From assembly GCA_964270895.1 (NCBI GenBank), contig OZ185440.1: a DNA stretch of 64,000 nt; one strand, 5' to 3'. A program made the translations under genes and the position numbers. This stretch comes from Podarcis filfolensis. Taxonomy: Eukaryota. Under the pieces are notes generated by a model. The model made no database searches. It saw nothing but the letters and a program-made list of their open reading frames with translations, and had not been told where the DNA came from. This document shows positions 40,101-53,000 of the stretch, piece by piece; positions within the stretch are counted from its first letter, which is position 1; every line of letters begins with the position of its first letter.

Positions 40101-41811
40101 GGATTTGTATACCAGAAGGAACTCAGGCCATAGTCTCTCAGATCTGAAGTTACCCTGAGGTCCAGCACTAGAAGTCTATACTTGCTACACAATTTAAAAA
40201 TACTTAGCTGATAAATCATCTGCTTTTTGATCATCCAGTTAATCAATTAATTAAATTTAAATATATTTGTATACCACTGAACCCTCAGTGTGGGATTTTC
40301 TGAGATAGTAGGAGGAATGAGCATCTTCAATATTTTCTTTCATTCCTTTTCACAGTAACATACTAGGACCAAATTATCACTAGAAATAAACACACTACTC
40401 AGTTAATTATAATTTGCCCCTGTAGATAATTTGCCCCTGCTCAGTTAATTATAATTTGCCCCTGTAGATAATTTGCCCCTGCTCAGTTAATTATAATTTG
40501 CCCCTGTAGATAATTTGCCCCTGCTCAGTTAATTATAATTTGCATTTCCTCCACCAATGGTTCAACTAAAGCTTTCAGCTTACAGCCCTTATAATTTCAT
40601 AGAAAGGGTAGAGCACCACAGCATAGAAGACCATTCTATGCAATACTTCCTGGTCCCTTCTGTGGAAACTGTTTATGTGGGGGTGGGGTGTCCTGATTAT
40701 CTGCTGCAACAATTAAACTATGGCTTCTATTCCCAGCACCTTCTTACCTGCAATGTTGATGGCAAGGAAATTAGCAATGTAGAGAACTGTATTAACCGAC
40801 TCAAGATGATGGATGCCCAAGGTCAGGTGTGGGGACAAGACATGCTTTTGCAGGTGAAGGATAACAGATTGTTGCTGACTGACATTGAGGCAGAGGTAAG
40901 CAGAGCTGCTTTATTTTATTGTGCACACCATGTAATGTCAGCAGGGGACAAGTTGTGATAAGTAACTGAGTCCACATCTTGATTGGAAGGGACCAGACCT
41001 CTAAATACTTATTTATACATTTATTCATAAAACATTTCTATACTGCCTTTCACACCAGCTAAAGATATACCTATGATATTACCATCAAAAATGATTAAAA
41101 GTCAAGCTGGTCTCAGCAGATTGTCCTCACTCTGTCACCGGTTGGCTTGTAGAGCTCCCCACCCCATCCTTCAGACCTGGAAGATTGTGATAGGATTGAT
41201 TGCCAGGGAATCCCCTGCTCTGCTGCTGACTGTACACTGATTTCTTTCTTTGCTTACAGGAAGAGCTGGATAGTTACCCCCTGGAATATATCCAGGAATG
41301 TGCCTGTGTCCTGGACAGCTGCATCTACAACTCCATCTTGGCCATCACTGTGAAAGAAATGAGACCATCCAGGACTAGCATCATGCTGTTTCAGTGCGAG
41401 CAGATTGGAGTGAGCAACTTCAGGGCTCAGAGGAAGGAAGAGACCTGGGCGGGGAGGGGGGTTAGGAACAACCTGCATGTTCCCTGAAATGCAAGATTGC
41501 ATTTACTGTGTCTTTTTAGATAGTCATGGTGGGGCCATGGCACATGGGGAACTTTCCCCCTGAACCATAATCCTGATTCACACCCATCCACCCAGCTGCT
41601 ATTTGGTAGGTTTTTTTTTTTCCTGTGGCAAATAGCAGCTGGGGTGGGGAGGGATTTCTGCCAGGACCATGGGGGAAGAGCAAAAATCTCTCATTGTGCT
41701 CTGATTCTCATTGCCTCCCATTGTTGTGATTTAAAAACACAATCATTGCAGTCACACATTAACATGTATAGTTTGACCTTTATCCATGTGTCTGTGTGCA
41801 AGATGGATGGA

Positions 41812-41851
<40 letters not shown>

Positions 41852-44800
41852 AAATCTGAGAGTAAGAACTGCGTTGTATAAGTTCCCTGTACTCACTACA
41901 ACTTGGATCACTCAAGTACGTGTCCTCCATCCTGCACTACCATGAGCTAAGAGGAGTTCCATAATCTGATGACAGATTGCCTCCCAAGGGTATAGGAAAC
42001 TCATTACTGCTGCTATTGCAAAAAATAGAAATTGAGAGTGATTTCTATTCCCTGTGCACCACAGTAGTAGCAGCCAGCTCAGAGCATGCCTGAAGCTGAG
42101 ATTAGAGGAAGATATTTTCAGGGGAACTTTGGTAGATGCTGGTGAATGGTTGTAAAAAGTGATAGACTTGCTTTTACTTTCCTCCAGGCTGAGCTGCTGA
42201 AAACCAAAGTGGAGAAGGCCGTTGAGGAGTTGAGAGACGAACAGCAGAATCACAACTTGCTCAGGTAGTGAGAGATTTAGAGGCCTGCAGTATGGACTGT
42301 CAAACCTTTCTTTCTCCAGAAGCCTGCTAGATTTTAACTTGTGCATAATCATTATCAATGCAGAACTCCTCAGTCCAGAGAGACTTCTCCCCCAAGTCAA
42401 TGTAAGATATATCCCAGCCATAGAGAAATGTATTATTTCTACTGGCCACCTGGAGCCCAATCAAACTGAGTTGTTAGGCTGTGAATCTCTGCCTCACTTG
42501 TCTGTTAAGCATGTGGCATCTCTCTCTCTCCCATATTCACAAGCTTTTTCTCACACTTTTTGGTGATTTCTAGTTATCCAAATTCTCCCAGGCAGATTCC
42601 ACCAGTGCTCTTCCAGTTCCTTTAGGTTCAGGTTCAGTGCTGAATTTTCCAAGGTTTTCCTTCATTCTTGCTTTCCAAAGAATGTAAAGATAAAGGTAAA
42701 GGGACCCCTGACCATTAGGTGCAGTCGTGATCGACTCTGGGGTTGCGGCGCTCATCTTGCTTTATTGGCTGAGGGAGCCAGTGTACAGCTTCTGGTCATG
42801 TGGCCAGCATAACTAAGCCACTTCTGGTGAACCAGAGCAGTGCACAGAAATGGCGTTTACCTTCCCGCCAGAGCGGTACCTATTTATCTACTTGCATTTG
42901 ATGTGCTTTCGAACTGCTAGGTTGGCAGGAGCCGGTACCGAGCAATGGGAGTTCACCCCATTGCGGGGATTCGAACCGCCGACCTTCTGATCGGCAAGTC
43001 CTAGGCTCTGTGGTTTAACCCACAGCGCCACCTGGTTCCCCTCCTAAGAATGTACTTCTTCTCAATTATCTTATCAGGAGCAACCTGGAGAATATGTTGT
43101 ACCAGCAGAGCCGATCATCACGTACTGACAAATCCCCACTGATCTCCCAAGAAAGAAGACCAGCAGGGCCAATGGAGCCGAACCATATGCCTTCTCCAGC
43201 ACAACAGCCTTGGCAGAGGCAGCAGCAACATCCTTGGAGAGCTGGCCCAGTCCCTGTGGACTATGGTAATGATGATGTTACAGTCTCTCTTGCAACACGC
43301 AGCAGCATTTGTAGCTCCCACTCTCATAATGCATCAGGAAGCAGTCAGAGGAGACATTGTATCTCCTAAGGAAGAATAAATGCCTATGGGTTGTATCCAA
43401 AGTAGCACTGCATAACGTGTCTCTTTAGTGCAAGGACTTCCACTCCTCCACCTGCATCCCCCTAAATCTGTTCTAGGGATTCACCCAACCCTCTAAAGCA
43501 GATTTTGGGGAGGGTGAAGGTGAGCACAAGCAAACGCTTTTACGACATGGGCCTATAAGAGTACCATTGTACTGTCGAGAGTGTATTAACTTAAGGTCTG
43601 TGTGTGTGGTTTGGGAGCTGCACAGTCAGGGGGAAAACAATGCTGTCCAGGGTTGTAAAGACTGCGGAGAGAATAATTGGGTGCACTCTTTCCACCTTGG
43701 ATCAAATCTACGCTTCCAGGTGTCATAAGAAAGCTGCAGAGATAGTGCGCACCCCGGAAATGATCTCTTTCAGCTTCTGCCTTCTGGAAGAAGGTACAGG
43801 GTTATTAAGACTAGGACTAGCCTCCTGAGAAACAGTTTCTATCCAAATGTGATTTTGGTTTTAAATGCAGTGTAAGGTAGTCTCTATGGGAGTATATTGT
43901 ATTTAATTATGGGGTATCAGAGTTTTTAGGGGGCTAAACAGGCTGGGATAGCTGGGATAGCAGGTTTGTTGGTTTTGAATGTCTGATGTAGATTTTTTGC
44001 AATTTCGTTGTTCTGTATAGAACAATGACAATAAAGATTATCATATCGTATTGTATCACATCGTATCGTATCATCGTATCGTATAAGGCTGGATCCTCCA
44101 GCAGCACTGTTTACACAGATAGGCTGGTGATTAACATAAAGCTGCTACACAACTGGACTGGTTGCACACTTGGTTGAAAGCATATCCTATCTGACTCCTT
44201 CAGATAGGCCAGCTGGCCCCACCACCTAAGGTCTGAATCAGCTGTGCCATTGCTTAGGATGTGTATCCTACTTTGCAGAAGATAGCTCTCTGTCTGAAGA
44301 GCTGTCAGAAGGCTCTATTTAAAGGGCTATCCTCTATTTAAAGGGCTATCCACTTCAAGCCCAGTTTAAAGTTAAAGAAACATAAGAAGGAAGAGTAGAG
44401 GGTCTTGTCGTTGCCTATCAACAGTAAGTACCTGAACAGCAGAGTGAGCAGGTCACCTGGTCCCAGCCTTCCCCACTATAGTGAGATGTATTTTATTTTT
44501 GTATAAATTAATTTTAGTAATTATTTCAAACGTTGCAGCTCCTACGTATAAACTGCCACATGCAAATTTTCTGCGAGTTACGTGTCCTCGTTGTCAGTGG
44601 TGCATTTCATCTCTTTTGGCAATATGTTAAATGGTTGCCCTGCTTCCTGATGTGGTATGTCTTGCTTCACTGCGAGAAGCGAAGTTACAGGGAACCAGGC
44701 AGAGGGCCTGTGGAACGCCCTCCCATCAGATGTCAAGGAAATAAACAACTATCTGACTTTTAGAAGACATCTGAAGGCAGCCCTGTTTAGGGAAGTTTTT

Positions 44801-45755
44801 AATGACTGGTGTTTTAATGTATTTTTAATGTTTTGTTGGAAGCTGCCCAGAGTGGCTGGGGAAACCCAGCCAGATGGGCGGAGTATAAATAATAAATTAT
44901 TGTTATTATTACTGATCTTGGGACTCTGATTGTTGCAGAAGCAGAACAGCCACTTCACCAGCAGCAGAAATATGAGTCAATGTATGAAGACCCTGGGCCT
45001 CCAATGATGCAGGACATAGACAGAGATGCTGTAAGTACTTTCCCGGATACCACCTCCTGCTAGCCCCCAACTCAACCTCTTTCCCTGTTGTCTTTCTAGA
45101 GGGTAGGAACCTCAAGCACTGATAACAGGGGGGATTATTTGATTAAGCAGGGCAGGTGTTATGTACTGAGTTGAATAGGATCCAAACTGCAGCAGTCTGA
45201 TTGGTCCTAGAACAATAGGATCCAAAAGGCAGCAGTCTGATTGGTCCTAGAACAATACAGCAGTATGATTGGTTGGCAGGAACCACCCAATCATGCTCCA
45301 GATAGAAGTGAATCCACAACCTGATTGGCTTACAGTAGAATTCCAGAATGAGCCAATCATGTGCAGCCCATTGTGTAAATAATGTATATAAAGCAGATAC
45401 TTTGAGGGGACTTCGATTCATTCCTCCTCACCACTATGAGCTGAATAAAGAGCATGAAATCACTTTGCGACTCTGAGTATATTTCAGCAGGAAAGCTGTG
45501 TTGTCTGGGAGCTTGATTGGACAGAGGGAGAGAGGCATCTCTTGGCTGTGAGACCTGGAAGACCAGCTCCCTGACTTGGAGGCCTTTTTCCACCTGGTCT
45601 GGGAGGGGAGGGCTCAGGCTGACTCCAGCTACAAAAGCTGAGGCTGCAAAACAGACTTTGGGGCTGGGGCATTGTTTAGGGGTTTTTGTTTTTGCTATTA
45701 TTGAGATTATGATGATAGATGATAGATTGATAGATAGATGATAGAGATGATAGAT

Positions 45756-45793
<38 letters not shown>

Positions 45794-46979
45794 GATAGAT
45801 TTGTATCTTTATCTTAAATCTTAATGTGGAACCTTTTCAATTTGGCTGTGTGCTTTTTGAGGTTTTATTTATTGTTCATGATTACTTTTGTTATCTTTGT
45901 AATTAAGTATTTTTTTATATTGTAATCCACCTTGAGCATGGCTTTAACTTTGGAAAGGCAACATACAAATAAAATAATGAATGAATGGTGTGATATGAAT
46001 GCCTATTGGATAGAGACATGAGTTGGGCTACTTTGAAGAACAGTGTGCAGTCAAGAAGCACTTCTGCTGAGCAGATATTGACAGATAGCTCAAAAACTGG
46101 TTTGGAGGATAGAAGGGAGTCAGGAAGATGGGCAGTTAGGAGCCAACCTTACAAACATTAACGGATTCCTATAACCCTATAACCCTTGGTCCAGGAGTAA
46201 TTTGTGATAGTCAAATGTATCGTATGACTAATTTACCTGCTCTTTTGTCTGAGGCTTTTCTCCCAGACTCGAGCTGAAGACCAAACAAAGTAAAAATGAC
46301 AGATAATCAGCCAGTATAAAACAAAGTCTCCAATGATGGCTGTGAGAATTTGAACTTCTGGTGGTTCCTTGAGAAACAGTTTTTGATGCAGTGTCTGATT
46401 TAATTTTTTATTTATTTATTTTTGTTCCTTTGCTGGCCACAGGAGATCCTGAACCATGTATTGGATGAGATTGAAATGTTTGTAGGGAAAGTACAGGAGA
46501 CCAGTAGATCCCAGAATGACAAGAAGAAGAAGAAGTCGAAAAAGAATAAAGGCAAAAAGGGTAAATAAGAATGGCACAGAGGCCGCCATGAGGTTCTGAC
46601 CCCAAGCATTTTTCTGCCTTAAGCAGATCAATAAATGGCAATGTCTGCCTTGGTGTACATCAACCTTGGGTCCCTCATATGTTGTTGAACTACAATTCCC
46701 ATCAACTGTCATGGATGACAGAAGTTGTAGTCCAAGAACATCCAGGAGCCCAGGGTTGAAGAACAGTACCCTACCCTAACACCAGGCCAAGGTACGTACT
46801 GCTGAAGTGATGTCAAGATCCTGTGGTACTTGAGACAGATAATCTCATGGGCTTTTCTCCCCCTCCTTGGCAGTAACAGTACAATAACAAGACATAGACA
46901 ATGTACTTGATTTAACACTTGATTGGAAGCCATCCAGAGTGGCTGGGGAAACTCAGCCAGATGGGCGGGGTATAAATAA

Positions 46980-47026
<47 letters not shown>

Positions 47027-50000
47027 ATAGAAAAATCAACAGGATCACAGTCAATAGTAGGGAAAAGGCACCTATGTCAGCCACTGTGGCATCACTCAAA
47101 AAAAAAAGCTCAAAGCCCCTCTCCACTGTTCAGAATGGTGTGGGCATCGAATCCTGGCATTCAATGAAACATGAGCATATTTAAGGGAGGAGGGACTTTT
47201 GTAGGAGAGGCCAGCCAGCGCAAACAGGAACTGAGCAGAAAAAGCAAGCAGTATCTTATGCATTGTGGACTGTTGACAGAATATTTATTGTGGGTTTTTG
47301 CAGTCACTGAAGATATTGCCAGGTACAGTGGCACCTCTAGGTGCTGGATTGGAGGGTCACGGGTTCACAATTCACGGCACATAAGCCGTTCTTGATGATG
47401 TCGACCAGGGGTGGGTTGTGCACTTTGGATCAGGGTATCTGATAGGAAAGGGGAAATTTCCAAGCAGATGCTGCAGCTGGCCAAGGCCTGTGGAGGATTA
47501 GCCTTGGCAGCTGTGTTGAGCCATAAGCCAGTTGCTTGGTTACGTTCTGTCTTATCTACACTTTCAACTTAATGAAGAGCCTGTGAGCTAGTGAGTGGGT
47601 GGGTGGCTTCTTTGTATCCGACGCACTCAGGATGGTGAGATAGAGATTGGATTCCAAGTAATTCATTCATGGGGACACTTCATGTCCTTGCGGAAATATG
47701 AACATTCTAAGCAGATTTGATCGCTTATTTGCTATCTCCTTATCTGCCCTTAGCGCTCCTTTGACAGCTGAAGGTTGAACCATGACTCACTGTTTTCCTA
47801 CTTCAGATATAACATTGGTCTTTAATATTCTATTTTATTTTATTTTGGTCCCTTTTTGTTGGGAAATAACTGGGGAACGTCAGTTAATCCTGAAGTCCCA
47901 TGTGTGTAGGGAACTGCAAAAGAAAAACGCCTGATTAAAAAAATAAATGGGGGGGGCGCTTGACTCACTCTTTAGCCAAAACAGCCCTCAGCAGAGTTTA
48001 AAACAACATTTTCAAAGCATGGGAAACATACTATAGGTTGTTAGACCTTTAAATGTCCAAGTATTAAGCATTCTCCCCTGCCTCTACCCCTCTCAGAGTG
48101 AAGAGACCACAAGCTTTAGTAAGTTTAAATGTTTTACTTATAGTAATCACAGGTCTCTCTCATGCATTGTTCAATGCTACAGCAGAAACAACACTGGCAA
48201 GGTATATTTGTTTGCAAAATACAGAAGTGAGTCTCAAACACGCAATCTGAGTCTGGAGCCCAGCCTCAGAAATGTGCTTTGCTTGCATGGTTCAGAGAGA
48301 GGGGAACAGGAAACAAACCATACTTCCTCCCTCCCCTTGCCTAGAAATTTACGCCTCTGTGTTCTTTAACCCCTTTCTTACTGACAATTATGCACAGTTA
48401 CGATTAGCTGCGTAAAATCTCCCCATGCCTCTCCTAAAATTAGCTCTTTTTCAGGAGCTAGTTTTAAAACAGGCCCAAACTCACAGCTACCAGATGTACC
48501 TACCAAATGTACATAGTTCCATAAGCCAACTTGACAATAAAATATCTGTACTTGGTGAATTCGTATTGAGAGCTTCTGGGAGCAATGGAAACTCTTGCAA
48601 TAAATGTGGCACTGGTTGAATTTTCAGTGTAAAACAAGCCTGTGCAAAGATGTGGGGTGAGTGGGCGAGTGTCAGACAAAAGGAATAAAAGGGTTTGTCT
48701 TTTATTAGGCAAACTATCTGCACTGTGCTTGAAAACCTCAATGACTAGGACGGGGCTAGGAATCCTGTGGCCCTCCAGATGCTGCAAGACTACAGCTCCC
48801 ATAGTCACACACCATTTGCTACCTTATCTGAGGGGAGATAGGAGCCAAACAACATCTGGAAAACCACAGGTTCCCCATCTATGGATTGGAAGGACAGTAA
48901 GGCAGTGATCTTTACTTATGCTATGCTGGCCACCATAGCTGTCAACTTTTCCCTTTTCTTGCAAAGAATCCTATTCAGAATAAGGGAAGATAGTGACAGC
49001 TATGCTGACCACACCCACGGCTAGCAAAGCCAGTCTCTTGGATTTAAACTGACTTTGTCCCTTTGAGGCTATCTGGCTCAAACCAGCTTCTGTTCATGTT
49101 ACCCTCCAATTGTTTTGGCGTATCTGGATTGTGAATAGGTGTTGAAAGCTGTGTGCATGTGTTCATGCTATGAACCAGCCCATAAATTAAGAGCCTAGAT
49201 AAACAATGGCTTCTACATGAGTAACCTGCCTGTAACACCTGTTTGTTTCTGGTTGAGCTGACTGACTGATTCTTTCTCTGGATCTGCAGCAATGCCTCCG
49301 GAGCCTGAGTTCAAGGACTGTTTCCAGAAGATCAAATACAGCTTCATTTTGCTGGTAGGTCAGTGTACAGCCTGCACAAACTTGGCAAGGAAATTCTCCA
49401 GCATGAGCAGGGCTGGCCGCATATCTGAAGAGAGAGGCATCTCCCCCGCCTGAAGGCCTGGCCTCCCAAGTGCGGAGCAACTAGGGCAGATGCACAAAGA
49501 GCCCTATTGTGTCCTGCTGCAGCCATTCATTGCAAATGGAGAGGCTCACGGTGGATTTGTTTTGGAGATATCTTGACCCACCAGAGCAGGATAAGGAATG
49601 TATGGATAGGAGAAGGTGGGGAATAGGGATGTGAACCAGTACGGAGATGGATAAAGGATCAAATAGTATCCATTGATTATATTTTGTACCTGCTTTCCAG
49701 ATGGAAAAAAAAACCCTTTTCCCAAAGCAATTAAAATTCAATACACAATGCTGCTGGCAGGCATTCTCCATAAAAGACACAGGTCCTCCCTGTGAGACAC
49801 AGTCTAAGGGACAAACCAGATGACATGCCATTTTTACAATTAGCAAGTGCAATTAGGAACAATGTTTTTCAAAAGGAAGGGCAAGCCTGATCCTGGCAAT
49901 GTTTTTCTTCATTTTCTCTCTTAGCTGCCCAAGTTTCAGTTCCTAACAGGAGGCTGGTTGGGCACTAACTCTTTTTTCTCTACCCACTTTTCTCATCCAA

Positions 50001-53000
50001 CTTGCCCCTTTTCCCAGGGGGGAAGGAGAAGAGATGTGAGGGAAGAGGGAATGACAGATAACAGAACACCATGTGTAGTTTCAGTCTTAAAGGCAAGACA
50101 TAGAGGGAAAGGGAAGTGGAGAGGAAAGATACGAGAAGGGAGAGGATATTTGACAGTGCCAGAAAAAAGGGGATGAGTTGCTTATGGGCAGCAGGCCCAA
50201 GTCATTTTGCCGCCTGAGGCAAAGGACAAAGTGACACCTCCCCCATTCCATGTACAGATGCCAGCCAGATTGGCAGCAGTTGACCTTACTTCCACACTGG
50301 CAATCAGACAGCATCCTCCACCTCACCTGAGGGAAGCAGGTTAGCTTAGGTAGCACATGATGACGCACACAGCTGTGTTGACTCCTGCCACCCTATTTGC
50401 AGCTGCCACCTGAGGCAGCCACCTCATTCTGTCCCACAGTAGACAAGCTTTGGTAGCAGGCATCAACATCCAGTTGAAGGAGGCCAGGCTGATCTCCCCT
50501 TGCTGGTGGTAGCACTGGGCAGAAATGGTGCCGCTACCCAGTGTTTCATGGTCCTCGGGCCATTGATTGGGAAGGGGAAGAGTGCCACTCCCTAGTCTCT
50601 GCCACCACAGAGCAACTGAAAGTTGAAACAGTGTTTTTGCTAAGGGGTGGAGAAGCAAGCTTTCTGCAGCTCCATGCATTAAAATTAATGGTCCTAACTT
50701 AGTCATGTGCATTTTGATAGGTCTGCTCTGAGAAAAAGTTAGTTAAATGCCACCCGGAGAAATATATTAACAGTGTAAATATTAGCTTGCCTTTCCCCCC
50801 CAGGCACAACTTGAACATACAATGCAGCAACCAAGCGCTCCTGAGATGGTTCAGCTCATCTTTTCCACTTTGAAAATTGTGAGTATTCTAGCCAGGAACA
50901 GACTCCTGGAGGCCTCTGGTGGTAATCTACTCTCCCCCATTATTATTAAAGATATTATTTGCCATATCAGTGTGTGCCACTGAAACTCTGCTATGGATTT
51001 TCCTGTGCCATAATAATTAGATTTCATAGTGCTTGGATTAAGGACTCCATGCATTTTACTCCTAACCTGCTCCTGATTTGTTGGTGACCTTGATGCCCCC
51101 CAAGCACTGTTATATATATCTCACTTTCTACATGAAAGAGGACAATCGCCAAATGATACCTGTGAAGAAAATTCCTAAAACCTTGAGATCCCTAGAAGGA
51201 GGCAGTAGAGAGATGAATAGTATTACCTTTGGTCCCCTCTGTGTGTCAGTCTTTGGGCACAACAAAGGGTTCTTATGAGCTTATGTTCAGAAGAAGCCTT
51301 CGTGGAGACCTGACCACACTGGGCAGGGACAAAGAGACTGTCAGGCTCCATGATCTCATATGCTGTTGCTTTGCAGGTTTTGTCCAATTGTCCTTGGACC
51401 AACTTGGCCTCTACGGTGTCCTCACCTTTGCTGATTCCTGCAGCAATTGACTTGCTAAGGCGCTCGTTGGATTCCAAAGACCAGCTTATTTGGAAGAATT
51501 TGGGAGATGCTTGGAATCTAAGCAGGTACGGATAAAGCCCACAAAGGAGATAGCATGTGCAAAGCAGCATGCCACTTGAACTTAATGATAGGCATTAATG
51601 AGTACATTCCAGTGACATATCTCACTGTAGCAGGAACCTGGCCAGAGGCATCTGCCAGGCCACCGCTGGAAACAGACAACTGGTCTTCTGGCCTGATCTA
51701 GCAAGACTCTGATTATGTTCTTCATTTGCAGCTGCACTATGTCTTTTGTTGACCCTAGCTCTGAGTCACACCTTGAAAGTGTGTAAACGTACAAGTAACT
51801 CTGCCACGCAAGTGAATTTCCAGCAGGAAGTCTGAAGAAAAGGTCATGGACTTAATATCCTGCATTGCGAGAAACATCCTTGGCTCCACATCTGTTGTTT
51901 TTTTTTAATAATATTTATTAAAGGTTTAAAGATTACAGAAAAAAGAAGAATGGAAAAATGAAAAATTAAATAGAACAAATCAATACCTCACAATACATAG
52001 GAAAGAAAAAAACAAAAAACAATACAGTAAAACAGAAAAAAGGAAAAGAAAAGCATTTAAAAACACATCCAATATTTCCATATCTTTATCTTTCATTTAC
52101 TTGTTTCATCAACCCCCTCACACCTCCCTTTTTTTGTATTCTAGTTCAATTAGCTGTTTCAGCAAATCCTTTCCATCTTACTCAATTTTTGTTCCATAAT
52201 TTATCTTAACCCAATCTAACCTTAAATTTTCCACTTTGACCCATTAACAATCTATTTTTACTTGGTTCTTTATAACCTTTCTGCTAAAGCCATGTAACTT
52301 CATTCCAGCATCCTTCTAACATTCCTTAATTTTACAGTATTTCTGTAAATAAACTTTAAATTTTTTCCAATCTTCTTCCACCGACTCTTCTCTCTGGTCT
52401 CGGATTCTTGGCTCCACATCTGTAGCAGGATGCACTTTCTCATTTTGGAAGGCCCTTCACTACAAGTTCTCTTCTTCCCCCATAGGGCAGAACATCCAGA
52501 GGGACCATCCATCCCCAGCTACCAGCCCACGTTCTTGAGTGGATGGGTGCCGCCGATGCCCACTCGGAGGCAGAGCTCTGTTGATTTCGATAAGGTGAAT
52601 CTCTCCTTTAAAAGCACATGAAAAGCAGAAGTAGACCTTGCAACCTGTAGTACTGAAACACAAGGGGGAACTGTGTGTTTCCCTGGTAACTAGCGATGAC
52701 AATGGATAACATCATTCTGCTGCTGTCTCTGCACATGAATTTAATGAGCAAGAGCAGTGGCTTTGACTCAGAATAAGCTTTTTAAATATCCAATACATTT
52801 CTTCTGTTTTCCTCCACACAGGTCCGCACAGAAAGCCGGAGTAGCTTCTCAAGCAGGTATGTTCTTTTACTGGCTCTAGCATGTGACATTGTTGTTGTTG
52901 TTTAGTCGTGTCCGACTCTTCGTGACCCCATGAACCAGAGCACGCCAGGCACTCCTGTCTTCCACTGCGTCCCGCAGTTTGGTCAAACTCATGTTAGTAG

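Noticed and set aside
40398-40543. Possible CRISPR-like array
   Set aside because: The units are head-to-tail with no unique spacers, in a vertebrate intron. It is a minisatellite.
41912-42460. 182-aa antisense ORF
   Set aside because: It overlaps EPS8L3 exon 6 on the opposite strand and has no domain similarity.
44313-44350. 19-bp perfect tandem duplication ctctatttaaagggctatc
   Set aside because: It is an ordinary intronic slippage or duplication event with no evidence of function.
46515-46560. Poly-lysine stretch [14 protein letters not shown] as a novel NLS
   Set aside because: A Lys-rich segment at this position is a known shared feature of EPS8-family proteins.
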